Position numbers and translations under genes: made by a program. Positions 40,952-49,415 of a stretch of 64,000 bases of DNA are shown in pieces. This DNA comes from Patescibacteria group bacterium (GTDB taxonomy: Archaea; Nanobdellota; Nanobdellia; Pacearchaeales; GW2011-AR1): the NCBI GenBank assembly GCA_019428815.1, contig JAHYJW010000003.1, positions 20,617-84,616 of the forward strand, given 5' to 3'. Below the pieces are notes generated by a model that saw nothing but the letters and a program-made list of their open reading frames with translations, was not told the origin of the DNA and did no database searches. How positions within the stretch are numbered: position 1 is the first letter of the stretch; each line of letters begins with the position of its first letter.

Positions 40952-41104
40952 ATTTTTTTTGAGTTTTTATAAATTAAATTTAATTTTATTCTCTTCCTCT
41001 TTTATTTAAACTTTTCTTAAACTTTACGATTGTACTTTGAATATAAAAAGCCTAAATAAGAGGGTTTTTATTTGTTTAGGTTTTATCTTTTATAAAATAA
41101 GTTT

Positions 41105-44100
41105 TTATTTTTTTGTTTCTTCAACTATCTCCTTTGTTACCTCTTTTTTATCTGATTCTTTTTTATAAAGAGGACCTACAACTTTAACAAGAAGTCCGGG
41201 AAGGCCAGTTCCTATTGGGACAGGTTGATTTAAGATTATGTTTTCTATAACACTTGTAAGATTATCTTTGCTACCTTTAATTGTTGCATTAACAAATTGT
41301 TTAACTGGTGTTTCAAATGTAGCTCTTGCAAGGATAGATGATTTTTGAGAGATAATTCCCATTCTTGTTACCCCCCTAATTTCTCCAGTGTTAGTCATTG
41401 CATCGGCAACAAATTTAAGATGTCTTTTATCAATATTTAATCCCTGGTCGTTTAAAACATTCTGAATTTCGTTTACTATAAGTTGTCTAGCTGCTTCAAT
41501 ACCGAAGACATTAGCAACTTCGTGAAGGTCATTTGAAAAGAGTTTTTCTTGTGCAACTTCTTTCATTTCTAATAATTTCTTAAGGTTAGTACCTAAAGTT
41601 GTAACAATAAAATTATTATCCCTTTTAACAATCAAAACTTGTTTTATTCCTTTTATACCTGACACAATTGTTTTCTTAAGTTTTTCTTTAACTTTGTACA
41701 TCTCTCTAAAACTTTCATTCTGAAGACTCAAGGTTATTGAATCTTGTTTTTCTTTTGCGGTGAATCCTATATCTTTTATTTTTTCAACTATATTAGAAAT
41801 TGTAATATGACTATGTTTTAATTCTTCTTTATCAAGTAAGATTTCGATTTTTTTACCAGAGAAGTTTATTTCAATTTCAGACGCGATATCTTTTATTGTA
41901 ACTTCTCTTATTCTTTCTGCTAAATTTAAAGCGTCTTTCTCATTATTATATTCTTTTTTTAAATAAATCTCCATATTTTGAGAACTCTGTTTTTTCCTAG
42001 CATCAAATATTTCAATAAGTCTTGGTAATCCCCTAGTAACCTGCATTTCAGTGACTCCTGCGAAGTGGAATGTTCTTAAAACCATCTGAGTAGAAGGTTC
42101 TCCAAATGATTGTGATGCAATCAATCCGATTGCCTCTCCTGCCTCAAGTTTTCCTCGGGTATGTAATTTAGAAACATCTAATTCGTCATCACCGTATGCA
42201 AATTGAATTATATTATTGTTACTATCTCTTATCGTTCCATCATATTCTTTTCTTAAATCCTGAAGTGCATTTGCTAATCTTCGGTATAAATATCCGGATT
42301 TAGGTGTTCTTAAAGCGGTATCCATAAGAGTTGATCTTCCGGTCATTGCACCAAAGAAAAATTCATCAGGCCTTAATCCTTTTATGTATGAACTTTTAAT
42401 GAACCCTCTTGATTTTGGAGATAAATCCCCATCCTTGAAAAATGAAAGTGTCCTTCCACGATAACCTAAGTCTACTCTTTTTCCCTCCAAATCTTGTTGA
42501 CCAACACAACATGCCATCTGAGTGATATTTAAGATACTTCCACCTCCACCTGAGTTGATCATATGGGCCATAGAATTATCTTCAGGAAATTCTCTTTTGA
42601 TAACTTCCCCGATTTTGGTTCTTGCTTGATTTAAGACTTTCAGTATTTTAAGTTCTCTAGAATCTTCAGGAGTTTTACCCTGTATAACTTCTAAGGTACC
42701 CTTGTTATAAGATTCAATTATCTCAATTGTTTTTTCCTCAGATTTTTTTATAATTTCTTCACTTTCACTTAAAACCTTAGAGTCTACATCCAAATCTTTT
42801 AATGAGATTGTAATACCAGTTTGAGTAAGATAATTCTTTCCTAAATTGAAAGCTTTTTTTATTGTTTCGAATGCTATATTTCTCCCCCATTTTTTGTCTA
42901 TTTCTTTTATTAATATTCCATCTTCATCACCAAAGAAATTTTTATCAATTAAACCTTCCAAGATTTGCCCGTCTTTTATTTTCACTTTTTCATTTGAGAA
43001 ATCAATTTTAGGGAGTATCTTTGAAAACAATTCTTTTCCAGAAATAGTCTTCTTAGAAAAGGAAGAATCAACACCTGCTTGATAAAGAAGTTGAGAAGCA
43101 TCTTCACGAGTAAGGTCCTTTAATCCTAAAAGATATCCCCCAGTAATTGCATCAGATACACACCCTACCCAGTTAGTATTATTCTTCGGAGAAAATAAAT
43201 TCTTTTTTACTTCAAGAATTATTTTTGCTTCTGCTCTTGCTTCTTCTGTTTGAGGACTATGGATATTCATTTCATCACCATCAAAGTCCGCATTGTAAGG
43301 AGTTGCAACCGCAGGATGTAACCTAAAGGTTCTTCCTTTTAGTATACGCGCATAATGAGCCATAAGACTTCCCTTATGCAAACTAGGGTGTCGATTAAAT
43401 AATAGGATGTCTCCATTTTGAAGATGTCTTTCTATTTTATAACCCGGTATCAACTCACTGATTATTTCTTCTTTAAGATCCGGGGTTATTTTCTTTCTCT
43501 TTCCATCGGGCCTTATCACATAATTTGCTCCTGGATACTCTGAACCCCTTCTTACGAGTTCTTTAAACTTTTCAATATTTAGGTCAGTTATACTTTCTGC
43601 AACTGTTACAATCTTTGCAATTTCATAAGGAACTCCAACTTCATTAATCTCAATTGAAGGGTCTGGAGAAATGACAGTTCTTCCAGAATAATTTACTCTT
43701 TTTCCAGCAAGATTTTTACGTATTCTTCCTTCTTTTCCTTTTATTCTTTCAGTGATTGTTTTTAATGGTTGCCCAGATCTATGCCTAGCAGGGGGAATTC
43801 TTGTAACAGTATTGTCAAAGAAAGTTGTTATATGAAATTGTAACAAATCCCATAAATCTTCAATTATAACTTCTGGAGCTCCTGCATTCAGATTTTCCCA
43901 AAGTCTTTGATTTGCTCTTATAATATCAGAAAGTTTGTGTGTTAGATCATCTTCACTTCTTTCTCCAGATTCAAGGATTATGCTTGGTCTAACTGTTACA
44001 GGAGGAACAAGAAGCGAAGTAAGGATACCCCATTCTGGCCTGAAATTTTTAGCATTTATCCCTACTTTCTGTAGTTCTTCGTCAGGAATATTCGAAAGAA

Positions 44101-44593
44101 CTTCTCGTATTGCTGTTGGAAAGAATCTTGATTTTCCCCTATGAAAAGTTGTAGGCTTATCAAGTTTAACTTTTTCGTGAACTGCATTACAATGTGGACA
44201 ACGTTTTGCATCTTTTGCTTTTTTAGCTCTTTGGCTTGGAGAATTCTTTGCGATATCTTTTTCGGTTAGCATCAATTTTCCACAATCATGACAAAATGAT
44301 CTTAAACATAATTCAATTACAGGGACATATTTTAAGTGAACAACAGAACGTGCAAGATCAATACTTCCTGGATGACCTAGACATTCTTTTAATCTTCCCC
44401 CACAAGTTCTACATCTAACACCAGGATCAATAACACCTAACCTCAAATCCATTAATCCGCCATCTACAGGGTAACCGTCAATATCATAAAGTTCAGGAGT
44501 TACAATTTTTGCGACAGAAATTTTCTTTATCTTTTCAGGACTAAATAAAGAAAACGTCATTTCTTTTATTCTTTTTTTTATTACTGGTTGCAT
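41105..44593 (-). CDS. rpoA: RNA polymerase largest subunit, A' and A'' in one ORF
   Basis: N-terminal Zn motif CRTCGGRLKECLGHPG. Catalytic NADFDGDEMN. Trigger-loop region GEAIGLIASQSFGEPSTQMVLRTFHFAG (about nt 42060-42150). A''-type C-terminus NQPVPIGTGLPGLLVKV. No stop codon anywhere in 1162 codons. Confidence 0.9.
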   Translation of the reverse strand: MQPVIKKRIKEMTFSLFSPEKIKKISVAKIVTPELYDIDGYPVDGGLMDLRLGVIDPGVRCRTCGGRLKECLGHPGSIDLARSVVHLKYVPVIELCLRSFCHDCGKLMLTEKDIAKNSPSQRAKKAKDAKRCPHCNAVHEKVKLDKPTTFHRGKSRFFPTAIREVLSNIPDEELQKVGINAKNFRPEWGILTSLLVPPVTVRPSIILESGERSEDDLTHKLSDIIRANQRLWENLNAGAPEVIIEDLWDLLQFHITTFFDNTVTRIPPARHRSGQPLKTITERIKGKEGRIRKNLAGKRVNYSGRTVISPDPSIEINEVGVPYEIAKIVTVAESITDLNIEKFKELVRRGSEYPGANYVIRPDGKRKKITPDLKEEIISELIPGYKIERHLQNGDILLFNRHPSLHKGSLMAHYARILKGRTFRLHPAVATPYNADFDGDEMNIHSPQTEEARAEAKIILEVKKNLFSPKNNTNWVGCVSDAITGGYLLGLKDLTREDASQLLYQAGVDSSFSKKTISGKELFSKILPKIDFSNEKVKIKDGQILEGLIDKNFFGDEDGILIKEIDKKWGRNIAFETIKKAFNLGKNYLTQTGITISLKDLDVDSKVLSESEEIIKKSEEKTIEIIESYNKGTLEVIQGKTPEDSRELKILKVLNQARTKIGEVIKREFPEDNSMAHMINSGGGGSILNITQMACCVGQQDLEGKRVDLGYRGRTLSFFKDGDLSPKSRGFIKSSYIKGLRPDEFFFGAMTGRSTLMDTALRTPKSGYLYRRLANALQDLRKEYDGTIRDSNNNIIQFAYGDDELDVSKLHTRGKLEAGEAIGLIASQSFGEPSTQMVLRTFHFAGVTEMQVTRGLPRLIEIFDARKKQSSQNMEIYLKKEYNNEKDALNLAERIREVTIKDIASEIEINFSGKKIEILLDKEELKHSHITISNIVEKIKDIGFTAKEKQDSITLSLQNESFREMYKVKEKLKKTIVSGIKGIKQVLIVKRDNNFIVTTLGTNLKKLLEMKEVAQEKLFSNDLHEVANVFGIEAARQLIVNEIQNVLNDQGLNIDKRHLKFVADAMTNTGEIRGVTRMGIISQKSSILARATFETPVKQFVNATIKGSKDNLTSVIENIILNQPVPIGTGLPGLLVKVVGPLYKKESDKKEVTKEIVEETKK

Positions 44594-44612
44594 TTTTATT
44601 TAACTTAAATTT

Positions 44613-47600
44613 TTATTCATATTTATTTTTTAAACCAAAGGTAGTGTGCATATGAAGTCCTTGAAGTTCTTCAACTAGCAATTTAAAGGCATAAGAAACT
44701 TCTACTGGTTCAACATCTTCACTAGCGCAAATAGAACATATTTTTTTGTTTCTAATATTGTCCTCAATTCCAATAGCGCCACAGTGATTACAAATATGGA
44801 GAACCACTTTATCAGAATCGTATCTTTCTTTCAAAAGTAAAGATGCTCCGTGTGCTACAAGTGCTTGTTGTTCCATCTCTCCTAACCTTAATGCTCCCCC
44901 ACGAGAACGTCCTTCAACTGGTTGTCTAGTAAGTAAAGCAACTTTCCCTGAAGCTCTTCCATGGATTTTATTTGCTACCATATATTTAAGTTTAAGATAA
45001 TAAAGATCTCCAACAAATATTTTTACGTCCATTCTTTTACCAGTAATACCATTATACATTGTTTCTTTTCCATCATAACTAAATCCTAACTCTTGTAATT
45101 TTTCTTCAAGTTCGTTTTTTCCGACTCCTGAAAAAGAAGTTCCATCCATAATCTCCCCCCTTAAACAACCAACTTTCCCTGCAAGAAGTTCTAACAAATA
45201 ACCAACGGTTAATCGACTTGGTAATCCGTGTGGGTTGAATATAACATCTGGTTTAATTCCTTTAGAAGTGAAAGGAATATCTGATTCATCAGCAATCATT
45301 CCAATAACTCCTTTTTGTCCATGTGAAGTTGCAAATTTGTCCCCAATTTCAGGAATTCTTTGGTCACGAGTTTTTACCTGAACGATTTTATTTCCATCTT
45401 GATCCTCGGTGATAAGAACAGATTCTACAGTCCCTTTTTCTTCTTGCTTCATTGAAATACTAGACTCTTTTTTAGTTCTTATCGAGATTTCTCTTGCTTC
45501 AGAAAGGAATTTTGGAGGGCTCATTTTACCAATTAAAACTTCTCCTTCATTCACTTCAACTTCAGGATCGACAATTCCGTCACTTTCAAGAAAACGATAA
45601 CTTTCTTCTGTTTTATAACCCGAAGCATCTTTTTCTGGAATAGCAATTTCATCCTTTAAACTACCCGCATAATTCATTTCAACAACACTATAAGGTCTAA
45701 AATAAAAACTTCTTCCGAGACCCCTCTCCACACTACCTTTATTTAATACTAAAGCATCTTCCATGTTATAACCTTCATAAGTCATAACTGCTACAACTAA
45801 ATTTTGGCCAGCAGGGTAAGTGTTTAAAGTATCATAAATAAAGCTCCTAACAATTGGTTTTTGGGGATATTGTAAAATAGAAACATCAGTATCCATTCTT
45901 GTTAGATAATTTGCTGCGTAAAGCCCGAGAGCTTGTTTTTGAGTTTTACTTCCTCTGTTAAGTCTTGAACTTTGGTCATGATTTCCATAAGGGACAAGCC
46001 CTGTAACTAATCCAAACAAATCTGTAGGGTCTATTTCTAAATGAGTGTGATCAAGAGTTAACTCTTCAGGATAAAGTGAAACAAGAGCATTATCTTCTTC
46101 AGCAGCATCAAGGTATTCTATAATTCCTTGACTTACTAAATCACTCCACTTAATTTCCCCCCTCTCTAATTTTAAAAGATGTTCTTCATTTAATCTTGAG
46201 ACTCCATTTTCTACAACTATCAAAGGTCTTAAAACTCTACCAGGTTCTGTGAGAATATAAACACAACTTGAGGGGAAATCATTTCGAATATTCATCTGTA
46301 TTGGAAGTTCCCCATTTCTTCTTTTTTCCCTTAGACTCTTAACAAACTCTTCAGGAGTATCTATCCCTCCCACATACAAACCATTAAGGAATATATCTGA
46401 TAAACCAGTTCCATCTTTTTTGATTCCTAAAGATTCAATTTCCTTAAGGAACTTATCTTCATCTAGATTTATTTTTGTTGAAACTTGAGAAAGTATCGCA
46501 AGATTCTTCCTTAACCCAATTTCTGTTCCTTCAGGGGTTTCAATAGTACAAAATCTTCCATAGTGTGTTGGATGAAGAGTTCTAGCTAAGAAATTTTCCT
46601 GGTCACTTGGAAGCATACTAGATACTTTCTGTAATTGAGAAATTATTGCTAAATAATTTGTTTTATCCATATTTTGGGTAATTCCAGAACGTTCTCCAAT
46701 CCAGCTTCCAGTTGCAATAGCACTTTCAACTCTTTGAGAAAATAAGGTAGACTTTGCAATTATTTTTATTGAAAAATACTTCCTTTTTTTTGTTGCTTTT
46801 TGAAGAGAGTATTGTATATCCCTAATTAATATTCCAAGATTGACTCTAAAAAGTGTAGCTAATAAATCTCCAGAAAGTCTGACTCTTTTATTTGCATAGT
46901 GGTCTTTATCAGTCCTAATTTCAGGGCTTTCTTTTGCAAGAAGGAGCTTTTTAAGAAGTTTACAAAGAGTTACAGCTTTCTTCATCCTATCTTCTTTTTT
47001 TTGTCCAATGTGGGGAAAAAGATAAGAATCAACCCTTTGTTTAACTCTGTCTAAAATTTCTTTTTTTGTTCCTTGAAGATTTGTTTTTTCAGAAATATAC
47101 ATTAATGCGTCTTCTTTTGTGGCAATATTAACAAATTCATAAAGGTTTACTATTACAGAGTCTGTTTCTTTTCCAATATACTTTTGAATATCTGATTCTT
47201 TTGTCATTCCAAGCGCTTTAAGGACAACTACAATTGGAATTTCTTTAAATTTACTGAATGAAATGTCTAAAATTCCTTCTTTATTCTCTGAAATAACAAC
47301 TGGGATTCTATAAGTTCCCCTTAATGAAAACATCCTTAAAAAAAGATTGTCTTTTGAATCTGTCTCTATAAATGGTTGATTTTCTGCAAGATCTTCTGCC
47401 ATTATCATTACCCTTTCATTACCCTTTATTATAAAATAACCTCCAGGATCAAGAGGGTCATGATAACCTTTAATTAAGTCTTCTTTAGATAACCCATAAG
47501 TGTTACAGATCTTACTTTTTACCATAATTGGAATTTTTCCTATTTCCACAACTTCTGAGTCTATTTGATCATCTTTTTTTATGGTTATCTCTAAATAAAC

Positions 47601-47891
47601 AGGTGCAGAATAAGTAAGCCCCCTCATCTTTGCTATAGCAGGAGTTATTAAAGAAGAACTACCATCAGCTTCTATCACTTTTGGTTTTCCTACCTCAATT
47701 TTTCCTAGGTTAATTTCAAAATCTTCACTTTGAATAGATTCAGATATGTCATTTACAATATCCTGTATTCCGTTTTCAATAAAATGATTAAAAGAAACGA
47801 TGTTACTTTCTACAAGAGAATGTTCTTCAAGATATTTTTTTACAACGATGTGTTTGTTTTTTTCAGTTTTATCTTTCATAATTTTCCCCAA
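44613..47891 (-). CDS. rpoB: RNA polymerase subunit B (unsplit)
   Basis: 1092 aa with GDKFATSHGQKGV, RLGEMEQQALVAHGA and the C-terminal Zn ribbon CNHCG...CSIC. Confidence 0.95.
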   Translation of the reverse strand: MGKIMKDKTEKNKHIVVKKYLEEHSLVESNIVSFNHFIENGIQDIVNDISESIQSEDFEINLGKIEVGKPKVIEADGSSSLITPAIAKMRGLTYSAPVYLEITIKKDDQIDSEVVEIGKIPIMVKSKICNTYGLSKEDLIKGYHDPLDPGGYFIIKGNERVMIMAEDLAENQPFIETDSKDNLFLRMFSLRGTYRIPVVISENKEGILDISFSKFKEIPIVVVLKALGMTKESDIQKYIGKETDSVIVNLYEFVNIATKEDALMYISEKTNLQGTKKEILDRVKQRVDSYLFPHIGQKKEDRMKKAVTLCKLLKKLLLAKESPEIRTDKDHYANKRVRLSGDLLATLFRVNLGILIRDIQYSLQKATKKRKYFSIKIIAKSTLFSQRVESAIATGSWIGERSGITQNMDKTNYLAIISQLQKVSSMLPSDQENFLARTLHPTHYGRFCTIETPEGTEIGLRKNLAILSQVSTKINLDEDKFLKEIESLGIKKDGTGLSDIFLNGLYVGGIDTPEEFVKSLREKRRNGELPIQMNIRNDFPSSCVYILTEPGRVLRPLIVVENGVSRLNEEHLLKLERGEIKWSDLVSQGIIEYLDAAEEDNALVSLYPEELTLDHTHLEIDPTDLFGLVTGLVPYGNHDQSSRLNRGSKTQKQALGLYAANYLTRMDTDVSILQYPQKPIVRSFIYDTLNTYPAGQNLVVAVMTYEGYNMEDALVLNKGSVERGLGRSFYFRPYSVVEMNYAGSLKDEIAIPEKDASGYKTEESYRFLESDGIVDPEVEVNEGEVLIGKMSPPKFLSEAREISIRTKKESSISMKQEEKGTVESVLITEDQDGNKIVQVKTRDQRIPEIGDKFATSHGQKGVIGMIADESDIPFTSKGIKPDVIFNPHGLPSRLTVGYLLELLAGKVGCLRGEIMDGTSFSGVGKNELEEKLQELGFSYDGKETMYNGITGKRMDVKIFVGDLYYLKLKYMVANKIHGRASGKVALLTRQPVEGRSRGGALRLGEMEQQALVAHGASLLLKERYDSDKVVLHICNHCGAIGIEDNIRNKKICSICASEDVEPVEVSYAFKLLVEELQGLHMHTTFGLKNKYE

Positions 47892-47968
47892 AGAGTTTTA
47901 TTCCATGTAAAAGAGACTTTTTTAATGTAGAAAGACACTAAAAAATGTCTAAATATTACGTATCTTAA

Positions 47969-48175
47969 TCAGACCACAACACGATAGTAAGGGTAAGTTG
48001 CGTCTTCATCTTTTCGTTCTATCTTGATTATATCCCCAATTTCACATCCTTCGGGTAATGCGGGATCGTTTAAAAGTATCTTAGGTAATTGGGCTTTAGA
48101 AATGTTAAACTGTTCTAATAATTCTTGAACTTCTTTTTCTTTAAGTTTAATGTGTTTTGGTTGGAGAATATGCAT
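47969..48175 (-). CDS. rpoH: RNA polymerase subunit H (Rpb5 C-terminal homolog)
   Basis: 68 aa: HILQPKHIKLKEKEVQELLEQFNISKAQLPKILLNDPA...GDIIKIER. It lies upstream of rpoB. Confidence 0.85.
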   Translation of the reverse strand: MHILQPKHIKLKEKEVQELLEQFNISKAQLPKILLNDPALPEGCEIGDIIKIERKDEDATYPYYRVVV

Positions 48176-48188
48176 AGTTTAGAGATTA

Positions 48189-48204
48189 TTTGACATCTGT
48201 CAAA
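48189..48204. promoter_or_regulatory. 16-nt palindrome just upstream of the rpoH start
   Basis: TTTGACA-tc-TGTCAAA has perfect 7-bp arms. It sits 14-29 nt upstream of the rpoH ATG (48175-48173). Confidence 0.35.
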
Positions 48205-48410
48205 ATTTGGGAATTTTAATTGTGGTTATCGTCGGGGAAGTATCAATTTAAAATTTTATTTGTTTGAAGAGTTTTTTAATACTTTTTTAATAACTTGCCA
48301 ATAATAAAAGATATCGAATTTTTGTTTTTAAACCTTTCGTTTTAAGTTTTTTAAGGGAAATTAAGAGGTAATTGGATTATTAAAGGATTAAAATTAAATG
48401 ATTAGAAATC

Positions 48411-48722
48411 TCAAACTGGATTTTGAGTATATTTCTCTACAAGCGCATTATTTTCAATTTTTCGGTTTGTTTTGAAGATATCAATTGCAAGCCCTCCTAA
48501 TCCAAAGAGGATGCCTAATCCTACCCCTAAAAGAATAGAATTTCCAATTATTTTCAAAGAGTTTAACATATAACCCCCGAGCGGGTTACTAAAAGGGCCT
48601 GTAGAAGATTCAGTTTTTAATTCTGAAGAAAGGCTCATGGTCATTATGGGAAGGATACCTATCAAAAAACCTATGGTTCCTAAAATAAGCGCAAAGGGAT
48701 AATTCTTTGTAAGATTGCCCAT
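48411..48722 (-). CDS. small membrane protein, hypothetical
   Basis: 103 aa with two Gly-rich TM helices. Confidence 0.4.
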   Translation of the reverse strand: MGNLTKNYPFALILGTIGFLIGILPIMTMSLSSELKTESSTGPFSNPLGGYMLNSLKIIGNSILLGVGLGILFGLGGLAIDIFKTNRKIENNALVEKYTQNPV

Positions 48723-48798
48723 TTAATCTATTTTAATCCCCTCTTTTAGATTATTTATAAATTTTCTAATTCGTTTCTAGGGAGATATTATTTAAAAA

Positions 48799-48873
48799 TG
48801 GCCCCGAAGGGATTTGAACCCTCGACACCTGGATTAAAAGTCCAGTGCTCTAACCAGACTGAGCTACGGAGCC
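48799..48873 (-). tRNA. tRNA-Lys (anticodon UUU)
   Basis: The reverse complement folds as GGCTCCG acceptor, GCTC-AGTCTGGTTA-GAGC D arm, CTGGA-CTTTTAA-TCCAG anticodon arm, GAGGG-TTCAAAT-CCCTT T arm. Confidence 0.9.
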
Positions 48874-48892
48874 ATAGTCTTAAACTAAAATG

Positions 48893-48928
48893 TTTAAACA
48901 AACAAGTTATTTTAAACAAACAAGTTAT
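48893..48928. repeat. perfect tandem duplication, 2 x 18 nt, in the tRNA-Lys upstream region
   Basis: TTTAAACAAACAAGTTAT occurs twice back to back (48893-48910 and 48911-48928). Confidence 0.9.
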
Positions 48929-48977
48929 ATAAAAACAGTTTATAAATTTTTATTATTAACAATTTTAACCCCAAAAT

Positions 48978-49310
48978 TTAAGAAATATGCTTTTTTAATA
49001 CCTCAACAAAAGGTTCTGTATAAAAAGTTCCAATTATTTTTTCTTTGATTTCTCCATCTTTAAACAAGATGAAAGTTGGGAGAGTATTTATGTTATATTT
49101 TTTAGATAAAGCTTGATCCCCGTCTATATCCACTTTAGTAAATTTAATTTTCCCCTTAAATTTTTCTGCTAATTCTTCTACGATTGGAAACATGGTAATA
49201 CAATGCATACACCAATCCGCATAAAAATCTACTAATACTAAACCTTCTTTGATAAACTGATTAAATTGTTTAACATTTGTTAATTCAAAAACTTCTTCTG
49301 CCATCTCCAC
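48978..49310 (-). CDS. trx: thioredoxin (atypical WCMHC active site)
   Basis: VLVDFYADWCMHCITMFP has a CxxC in thioredoxin context. 110 aa. Confidence 0.85.
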   Translation of the reverse strand: MEMAEEVFELTNVKQFNQFIKEGLVLVDFYADWCMHCITMFPIVEELAEKFKGKIKFTKVDIDGDQALSKKYNINTLPTFILFKDGEIKEKIIGTFYTEPFVEVLKKHIS

Positions 49311-49415
49311 GTTGAATATATTTTAATATTCTTGATAAATTATTAAAAGATATTATAAAGGTTTTCATATTAAAAAATTCTAAAAAAAGAGATAAAAATT
49401 ACTAATTCTAAAGTT

